This document shows, piece after piece, positions 50,401-60,158 of a DNA stretch of 64,000 nt. Origin of the DNA: Tubiluchus corallicola (lineage: Eukaryota; Animalia; Priapulida); contig JAQGDQ010000240.1 in assembly GCA_030141605.1 (NCBI GenBank), forward strand, positions 168,863 through 232,862, in the 5' to 3' direction. The translations under genes were made by a program, and so were the position numbers. Positions within the stretch are counted from its first letter, which is position 1, and each line of letters starts with the position of its first letter. Under the pieces are notes generated by a model. It did not search any database, was not told the origin of the DNA, and saw nothing but the letters and a program-made list of their open reading frames with translations.

Positions 50401-52831
50401 ACTGAAAAGCAGCGTACAATATATTAGTGATACAAATGCAATCAAAGACGAATTTAGTTAACGACAATAAAAACAAAATCATGCTACAACAGCTTATAAG
50501 ATACTTTATAAACTGCATTATAAGTTCGTGTTTTGATACCTGACAAATGAAAAATTAAGCAAGTGAAACAAAAGAGACATGTTAAATGTTGTAAGTACCC
50601 ATATCATATGTTCAACTAAATATTTAACATATAGCAGATACACAATAACATGTATTTACCACAATGAAAGGAAAAGTTCGTGGGCAGCTTTAATAATATA
50701 CAGTAAACTATGTATAACTCCGACACCTAGCGACCGGAAAATTTGTTCGAGATATGCAACAGTATGAGTTAGATAATGTTCATTGGAAAACAAGATTGAG
50801 TCACTTATCAAAGTAGGACAATGCACTAGTAATATTACAGCCTGTGAAAGTGACAAACTGAGCCTTTAACCAAGTATCAAAGAACAATTTTTATGAATAA
50901 TCAAAAATAAAATGACTGGTTCACCTCTACTATAGTCTGATTAGCACAGTTAACAGAATTTGGCAATAATAATATTGTGATCTACATTAAACCACATTTG
51001 TTAAGTCATGTTCATCATATGCCCATTACATCTATTGACACATTGGGCAGGCAGAATTGCAAAATAAAAGAAATCTACATTCAAGACAGGTAAACACAGT
51101 AGTAATCCAGTTAAAAAGCTAGACACTGCTATTGTATGTAGTGTTCTGCTAAGGTAATGTAAGAAATCTTAGCACTTTTGCTGAAAGTAGCAGTTAAAAT
51201 CGTAATGTGGTAAACACTTTCGCATAGGACCTCGCTTGGCAGCCTATTCGAGATAGGTAAGGTAATTTCAGTAAGATTTTTAAGAATTGTACCGGGCATT
51301 TAGTTCGAGTTATGCAATAATTCGAATTACAGATATCGAGTTACACTATGTTTGTTAAAGGGAAAATCTGTTCCACGAGATCTGACAGAGGTGAGCAAGA
51401 ATTAGAGTTATACCAGTTCTAGTTACACGTTGTTTACTGTAATAGCTAAATGTAAAATATTAATCGGTTGCCTATAATTGTTGAGAGGTGGGAGTGCTGA
51501 AACATCACTCTTGTGAAACCTATTTTAACCCAGATTACCATAAATGTCTAACCACAATCTTGAAAGCGGAACACTGGTCAATGGAATATATTCATATCTA
51601 GAAAAAGAGGACAAGTGCAAAGTCACAAATTTTCCGTTTTTCAAGCATTTGAGGCTCACAAAAATACCTGGTATGGGTTCCAACCCAAACGGGTCATGCA
51701 GTCTCCAACTTCGCGACAAAATGCAGAATTTCTAAGCAGAGCAGTGGCTGAGTACGATGACTCCCATTCTGTGTCCAACACATCAGCAATGGTCCTCTGT
51801 CCCTTCTCCAATAGAAAGAATTCCGCTTCATATGAATGCAATACAACAGGCACATGTCAACGATGGCCAAGGCAAATTTAAAAAATTAATTTTACTAAAT
51901 CGTTTGGAAAACAACAAACTTATTTTCAAAAGATGGTCAAAAATTCTCCAGTCACCATAGCCATTACCTGCTAGTAACATATTTATTGTATTATGAGGAA
52001 CTATGTTTATTACAATTATGTCATGTCACAACAAACTGTAATAAGTGAGCTGGTGATAATATCTGTTTGATTTACATACCCACATAGTGGTTTTCAAGAA
52101 ATTTACAAAAATGACTGTATCCAAAAATGACAATAATGGACACTTACGCTCTACTCCACACATAAGTTTATATCTATCGGCATGTAGGTGTTCAAGCTGA
52201 GTCTTCAGAACTTGTCGTGGATTTTGTTCAAATACTTTCCCATCCAATACCAAGTCACTATAAGCACAAAATCACTTTTACAATTTCTAGAAAAGGCTAG
52301 TAACCACATTGTATGGGCGAGAATGCAATTTACTTATAAACCACTGTCATGTAATCCTACAACTAAAACTAGTCCGACTGTCATCCATAGTAGCCTGTAA
52401 GATTTTCAACAATTTTTTGCTTCACTACAACAAACTTTAGTGGACACATGAATACACACAATTTTCACGAAGAAAAGAAGGCCAATATTACGTTACATTT
52501 TTAGCAAAATTCTAAAAAAACGATTAACAAACAACATTTAAGTATCAGTGTTCCATGTAACTTACCAAATTACCCAACCAACTTCTTGCCTCCATGGTAA
52601 CTTTTGGAATGTATTATAATCGGGAATAGCTATCATGTCTGCAGAAGAAGCCGAAGTTTTGTTAAAAATCCCAAAAGCAGAAAACTTGATAGAGTGTGAT
52701 GTCAATCTGTCTATCTGTTGTATGGGTATGAGCTTTGACCTCAGCGAGCCCCAAATGTCAACAAAACATGGCATTAGATACTGAATGCCCGAGTCTAACA
52801 CTTCACTTTTAAATTTATGAGTGTCATCCAT
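47456..52831 (-). CDS. Glutamine synthetase-superfamily ligase, bacterial GlnT/GmaS-like, 8 exons, 438 aa
   Basis: Phase-consistent GT-AG exons: 52831-52566, 52257-52148, 51825-51668, 50401-50300, 50054-49991, 49666-49477, 48443-48250, 47688-47456 (1317 nt). Spliced motifs: FVDIWGSLRSKL, LPWRQEVGWVICD, GVEPEFFL, LGWNPYQLDHEHDNGQYE, WEYDDALTTAD..LFKFMVKEIAEKYGLQATFMPKPF, GNGMHVHASL, PTVNSYKR, TGNNRTHIIRIP, IELRFPDGAANPYL, LPTNLLDAL. Confidence 0.93.
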
Positions 52832-53529
52832 ATCACTACAAATAAGCCACTAGATAAAGCTGGTAACTATATTCAACTTCAGTAACTTTCAAGATGGCAA
52901 AGGTTTCCCTGCAAAAGAAAACCTCTTAAATCGATATTGCTACTAACCTGCAATAACCCTAGCAAAATTAGACAGACTACAAGAAAGACCCAGCAAAGAA
53001 AACGTGCATCTAACATGTTCTCAACTAACCCAAGTATTGGATTTATATCATCACAAATGCATATTTTTTATTTAAAAATTAAAAACCCTAGGCAGTGGAC
53101 ATAGTAGATATTTCACCCATTCCTTTACAAGTATTAACCGTAAAGCAATGTTGCAATGGCCAAATAACTGAACCATACTTCAGAAATGGTTACACAAAAG
53201 CTTTATCAAATCTAATGACCATAGCCAGTCTTAATAGATTGAACTTTGAAGGTTTAACGAAATTTGAGTATCCGAGGTAATTATTATTTAATCTAAGCTT
53301 TGATTTAAAATAAGCTATTGTAGTTTTCAATATTTTAATGCATTCTTTATTGTAAACTCGTGTTTACACAATCATCCGGTTTTCCTTTAAACTTAGGTTA
53401 CACAAAAAAGGAGATGTGAATGTAACAGTGCCTGCAAGCATTGTAGCGAACTATGTATGATGCATTACTTCTAAAAATTCAAAAGATTACAGAGTTTGAT
53501 GATTTTTTATTAGGCTAGCGTACAAAAAC

Positions 53530-55330
53530 GCTAGCTTACAAATAATCGAAACTCTGGTGCAAAAACACTAACTTGGAAACTAGAAGATGCAAACATGACA
53601 CTCGGTTTTTATTGTTCTTCAGTGATTTTGCTACAACTTTTATGTCTTTTTTAGCAAATGGAACTTTTGTTGGATAGTGGTCAGTCCTTTTAACATACAC
53701 TGCATTTTTATCAGTGAACATTGAAAAAATTCTGCTATAGCTTCAGTTTGCTAATTAAACCTTCATTTCCTTGTACAATCAGATTTTTCTTTGGCTGAAA
53801 GTTCTGCAAAAACTTTATTGCTCTAAAATGTCCAGAAGGGTCATTTTTTGTTTGTTCATTTTTTTCTGCCATATCAGTCACCCTTTTTTCTTCCCTTTGC
53901 TTCAGCTTTTCTCGAATTTGCTTGAAAATTTTGTTTCATTTCTTCTTAATATCATCAGTTTCTGCTGAACTGTTACACTACTGATTTTTTCTTTCAACAC
54001 CTTTTCATTTGCAGATAAAACTTTTCTCTTCTATCTCATCTTCTTTAATTTTCTTGTCATTAAATGTCACATATCCAAGTGTTTCCACTGCCGAATTTTG
54101 TATATGATTTTTGAGTTTTTCTTGTTGCAAATTTGTGTCTACATATATCTCTCCTGATGGAGATTTAGTAACATTCTCCTCCAGCTATCTGTTCTATTTT
54201 TCTCTGTTATATTTTCCTTTAGCTTTGCAACATCTAAAGATTTTGCACTTTACTTCTTCCGTTGTATCTTTACCTATTTGGCTGAGACCTTGGCCAAAAC
54301 CAGAGTGACTGGTGTCTTCTATGCTTAAACGAGCATACAATCTCGAATTTCTTTTTAGTGGCGTGTGTATTTTCTTTACCGTAACAAAGTCTATTTGATT
54401 CCCTATTATAGGATTTCTCTTGGGTTTCCCATTCAGTGGCGGATTATGATTTTATGGGCCTTAGGCTTGAGCTTGGAACGGGCCTTTTAAATGTTGCTAC
54501 ACTACTGAGCTGACGTGTTTTTGTGGAGCTCTCGTCGTTTGTAAGTTTGTTTAATTTTGTGAGTTTTTGCCCACCGATTGTGATAAAAATTATATCTTCT
54601 TGATCCTTGAGTTGTGGAGTAGGACTATATAAACACGATTACAGCTTGGTGAGTTTCTGGGCTAGATGTCAACTAAAATAAGCCAATCAGAAACTCTGAG
54701 TCAGATATGTTGAAAAAAATGGACTTTTCAGAAATTATAACTGACTTTGCCCCCAGAAAAATTCGGAAACTGAAATTTTGAACTTAAACTTAAACTGTGT
54801 AAACGTGAATTGTGTAAACTTAAATTGAGTAAACTTGATTTGTGTAAACTTGATTTGTGTAAACCTGATTTGAAATATAGTGACCGACTTTTGAAAAAAA
54901 AACTTTTTTCTATATTTGATTTTGGCGGGCCCCTTGCTCTTTTGTCAATTTATTTTTTTTTACAAAAAAAAATTTTTTCGTTTTATATTGCCGGGCCCCT
55001 TTTGATCCCGGGCCTTAGGCTTCAGCCTATAGGGTTATCCGTTACAGTTCCCATTCCATGACTTTTTTTTGCGTTTGCCAAATAGTGACGTGAGCGCATT
55101 CAATTTTTATTTTGGAATAGTGTTACTAACGACAAGATTTTTGCCTATTACAATTTCAGCTAATCATAATTCAGTTGAATTTGAAATTCCCTTTTCACCT
55201 TTCCATATTTACCTGTATGCTCTGGTAATGCAGTGATCAATCTTGGGATTGAAATCTCCACATATGATTAACAAGTGACCTTTTAAATCACCGAAATCGT
55301 TTTACAGAAATCTACAAGACCTAGCGCACT
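53530..55330 (-). mobile_element. Highly decayed LINE (RTE-like endonuclease/linker remnant) upstream of the GS-like start
   Basis: Minus-strand fragments GKYGKGEKG, NLVVSNT, GNQIDFVTVKK..NSRLY, K/E-rich linker, DIKVVAKSLKNNK; many frameshifts; boundaries approximate. Confidence 0.55.
54434..55047. mobile_element. hAT-type MITE nested in the decayed LINE
   Basis: 8-bp TSD TTCCCATT (54426-54433, 55048-55055); termini CAGTGGCGGAT / ATCCGTTACAG (degenerate TIR); repeated GGGCCTTAGGCTT; internal TGTGTAAACTTGAT tandem repeats. Confidence 0.8.
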
Positions 55331-57027
55331 AGAAGTGTCGTCATCGTCTCGGTGCTTTTAGTACTTTTACCAATTCATGCCACGCACTCCTATAGTCCTA
55401 GACCTATAGTTGTTGCATTCAATTTTTTATTAATTCACATTTCACACCACATTTACTCACATTGACTTTCATGCAGTACGCTGGATGCCTGTAAAGATAA
55501 AAAAAAAACAATCTCAATTACGTAAGTGTTACTGCGTTAAATCATTAAGGTGCTTAATTACTAATAAGCCTTAAGCTTTGGATGAATATAAAGACTACAG
55601 CTTCCTTTAGTTTAATTAGTTGAACATTCCAGCAATCTAAGCGTTTGTGAAAAACCACATAAAGCAAAATTATGTAGCGGCCCAGAGTAGAACAAGTAAC
55701 GTCAAATTAATTGTGTAAAAGAAATAATCAGGAATACTAGGTATACGAAGATAAACCCATAAGTATAATCTACCTGAGTATTATTAGATACATGTACATA
55801 TTTTCGCTGGTTGAGAGCAAGAACCTCGTTTTTTCAAAAATGGTGTTATAGCCAATTTACATTAGAAACTCTTGTACATAAGTCGCAATAATATTTTAGA
55901 GCTGTCGTTTAATTGTAACAGTTGTAACCTACATTTCCATGGCTCTTGTAACTGCACATTGCATAAAATGCTCAGTACAAAAACATTGTATCTGCAACAG
56001 TGACAATGTATACTAAGCTCAGCCCAAAAGCATTGTGTCTGCAACAATCATAAAAAAGTATTAATTTTCATAGATTTTAACTGCTGGTTACTATCCCCCA
56101 ATGATATCTCCCCTGAATGTAGAATATTTCTATTTACACTACAACGATCAATCACTTCCATGTTCATTGTTCACTGGTGGTCACACCCCTGGACTTGCTG
56201 TATACATGTTGTTTAACTTTGAACATAAACTCTAAACATATTTGCAAGTTTGTGCTACTATGCAGTGTAACTTGCATTAATATACCAAAATTAATAACGA
56301 AACAGATCATCAGACAGAGAAATGTCATGTTTCTGCAATCAAATGCATACTACTCAATTGTTTATAGACAATTGTACAATATGCACAAGACAATTGTTTA
56401 TAGCACAAAAATAAAACTGGCAAGTTGCCAAAAGTTTTCAAAGTTATTGAATATTCGAACATGTCTCACATAAAGCTACAGAGTTAAGGACTGGCCTGAT
56501 TCACAAAAGACCGCCCAATTCTTCATCCTTATTATCTCAGAATAATCTTGAATGTAGATGCAGGGTTCTTGCTCTTGTGTAACGTTTTGCAGTTTTATTT
56601 TCTACCTATTTGGTAATTGACTATTGTGCGAAATGTATTCGATATAATATTACTGTCAGGTATGTGATCACAAAAGCAAACTCTAAGTCAGTTTTGATAA
56701 CTGTCTATTAACCTAGTCAGTGTCTTTCCTGTTAACTATGGTCATAATAGCAATTAATGCGTAACGCCTTGTAATCTTCTGTGGTAAATAATTGTATGTG
56801 ATACCACTTCTAAGAATCATGAAACAGCCAAAGTCTCGGCCAGTTTTGATAAACAATATAATTGTAATGTTCTTTATAGTGAGCTGCAATCTGTAGTTTC
56901 ACGTGTATATTTTTTTCTTTTTGTCTGGTACTGCCAATATATCTAATGCCTGAATATATTTGCACAATAAACTGAATTGAAATTGAATAGGTGCACACGC
57001 TCAGTGCGAGATATTTCTGTCACCGTC

Positions 57028-59069
57028 ATGGCTGAAGGAGGAAATGTATGCAGTTTTTCTTTCAAAAAGTCAAACAAAAAACAGCAACAGCATCGCAAGA
57101 GACGATTAAATGAGAGCTCTGGTTTGTGCGTTTACGTTTAATCTGAGAAGGTTAGGTTAGATTTTAAGACAGACTTGCATAATGTGGGTCAATACTCAAT
57201 TAGACAGTGAATACTAGTAAGTAAAGTAGTATAGACATATTAGTATTAGTAATAGTAATTTATAGTATGACTATGAGTAATCCAACGAGAATCAAAGCTC
57301 TACCTTATCTTATTCAATAGAATGTTTCCGCTACAGCGAAAAATTCTGGTTCTGAAATGATGTCAGTTCGTTCACACAGTCAGAATTGTTGGGAGCCGAG
57401 TGGACCACTGAGCCAAGTAGACCAATTGGTCTACTTGGGCTAGCCCAAGTAGGACACTAGAGACAGGTCGCGAATTGAGTCGTTAAGTGTACTGACACCG
57501 TCCGTTGTGCTTGTTTATGTAATAATAATAATTAAAAACGTTAGTACACGTTGAATAATTTATTATACATCTAATAAAATAAAAGAATTTTATTCTGAGC
57601 TGGTAGAACGGACAATATTAAATTTGGTTTCGATATTAATGTTGTTGAAGTGAAAAAACCCACTTTTTTGCGAATTCAATATTTGTTTAAGGTATGTCAT
57701 TTTTGATTTTGTCTCGCTTCACAAACAGGTGATCCGTTCACTACCTCTTGGGCAAATAATTGATTTCTTATAAGTAAATGTTCTAGCGATCTATGTGTCC
57801 TACATGGGTTAGTGAGCCATGTAGGACAGTGCCCTACATGTTACAATACTACATGTACTACATATTATCCTTGCTTTTCTTAAATGTTAAAAATTACTTT
57901 TTTACCAACAAGTTTTTTACCAACCAACAAGCACAATTTTTAATAAAATGAAGAAACTTTCACAGAATTTTCAAAAATTTGACAAAATTACCGATTCTCG
58001 ACAAAAATCGCTAGTGTCCTACTTGGGCTGCCCATGTAGGACACTACTTTTAGCGCATCGGTTTTACCGGAAGTGGTCTACTTGGCTCAGTGGTCAACTC
58101 GGCTCCCTACAAGAATAAAGCACAGAAAATTTTGCTATACTATAGTCCCGGACTGTCGTGACGAATTTTTAAAACACTAGTACTATTTAAATTCTTTACA
58201 TATAACGAAGCGAGATAAAACACAGAATTAGAAACTAAAGTACATGTGTTGTTGTTTCCTAGTGCAAAAAGCATGTAGAAAATCTACAGTCGGCTTGTGA
58301 TTGTAAAACGTATTCTAGACTAGTAGTAGTACAAATGATTTAGCCTATGATCACTGCGACGGCTGACTGTAGGATGATGTCACTTTCACTTTAATTACGA
58401 AAAAAAGATTCTACGATTGTAATGGAAGCTCTGTTATTATTCATAATTACCACAGTATTATCGTCTGTCTGTGACCTAGGCTAGGTAATTTATTTTATAA
58501 TTCAAGTAAAAGTTAATTATGATAAAGTGGTATAGAAATGTTAAAGGTTTTGACAGTGCTGAATTTTTTCCCCGTTACCTTCAGTTTCTTAGAATATAAA
58601 ATTTATTCATGGTTCCAGTAATGGAAATTTTTATGGCGGCTAAACTACCCACTAAAGTGACCTCTGACATCTGTTTATACTAGTAGTATGTTTTATTATT
58701 AATTTTTATAACCCTGAATTAAGTCTTTGTCTAAATGACACTTAAAGATGCTCTTTGATGGTGACAGGTGCACCAATCACGTATTCTATTAGCTTGCTTT
58801 ATAGCGCTAATGCTCTGATAAAAAAGTGTATGTTTGTTTACATAGTCAGTTATGTTTTACCTTCAAGTTGGATGCACTTATATAGCAAGATCTTGTGGAT
58901 TGTTAGTCTTGCATATCCCATACAATAAAAAAATCTCTGTAAATTTCATTGGACAATTGTCTTAGCCTTTTGTAATGAATTTCAAAAATCCTTTGCAGGC
59001 AGTGAAGATGAAACTGCAGTTGTGAGAAAAAACAAAAAAGCCAGTGAAGATAATCCTTTAATACAAAAG
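57028..59069 (+). CDS. RNF113A: RING finger protein 113A / Cwc24 splicing factor, N-terminal exons 1-2 only (55 aa; rest not seen in window)
   Basis: Exon 57028-57121 MAEGGNVCSFSFKKSNKKQQQHRKRRLNESS + exon 58999-59069 GSEDETAVVRKNKKASEDNPLIQK, phase-1 GT-AG intron; fits the recalled RNF113A N-terminus (VCTFLFKK...RKR...SSDE..VVR..KK...NPMIQK). Confidence 0.8.
57387..58111. mobile_element. MITE with TGT...ACA termini, long TIRs and 5-bp TSD
   Basis: ~38-bp TIR TGTtGGGAGCCGAGTgGACCACTGAGCCAAGTAGACCA; TSD AGAAT at 57382-57386 and 58112-58116; subterminal inverted GCCCAAGTAGGACACTAG / CTAGTGTCCTACTTGGGC. Confidence 0.88.
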
Positions 59070-60158
59070 GTTGGTATAATGATAATGCTTTTTGAAAAGA
59101 GTTGAGTATTGGGTTACGTGCATCATTACTACTTTAATGAAAGAGGTGCAGGTGTTTCTTTCTAGTTTGGTGCAGGGCTTAATGTAGTTTTTAATGTTAA
59201 AAAATTGTAGGATGTGAGATTTTGAAAAATCGAACATAGGCAGCTAAGCTCAAAGAGTATTAATGTACACCAAATATGTTGTTTATTCATAATTGTAAGA
59301 GAACAGTTGATTCATTGGTGTGACCAATGAGAAAAGAACTATGTGGGGCAGAATGCTAGAACTTGCTGGCTTTGATCCTTCGTGGCTTTTGTGCCTATCT
59401 GTTAAATGAGCTATATGTATTATAAAAATAAATGTTATCTTTTGACTTTGCCCGTTTTCATTAATATTTAATGATTTTTCATGCACTCCTGGTTTAGTTA
59501 ATAATTGTGTTGACTGAGCAAGCATAATAACACATGTGCTGCCACTAATGTCACCATTTTATAACAAGTTTCAGATGTTCTATTGTAGTGAATTGCAATG
59601 TGTACATTGTAGTACACTAAATAACGACAGATATTCATGATTATGTTTAGTTAAGAATTTTGTTGCTCAATATTGCTGATTTACAGCTTGTTAGCAGTCT
59701 TTGGAAAGTAAGTTTGTGCAATTTTCATTTCTAAGCAGCGGTATGCTTCATAATTGAGTGAAGTTTCAGGCAAACAGCAGCATTATTGTATGTAACCTTG
59801 ACAAGAGGATGTTCTGGAAATCTGTGATATATAGAGGAAATGACTGTGCAAGCTTTCATAGTTGTACAAAATGTGAATTGTATAAGGTTATTGTAAGTGT
59901 ACTAAATATCATATAGGATCTAATTTCGTACAATTTTATACTCTTCTAAATTAGAAACTTTACTAAACAAAATTGCATTACTGCAATATGTTGTGCCACA
60001 CTTTCTGTACAAAATTAATATTTTCTGAATTTTTGTACTAAATTAAATCCTTACTGGTTTGTATACACTTACGATATCCTTTTTTTCAGAAATTGATCTG
60101 TTAGCTGGATGAATTTTCAAGAGCGCACAGCATTGAAATTTGTGTAAATACAAGCAAA

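Noticed and set aside
47456-52831. Bacterial contamination as the source of the GlnT-like gene
   Set aside because: Seven phase-consistent spliceosomal introns, host-like AT content and contiguity with animal genes
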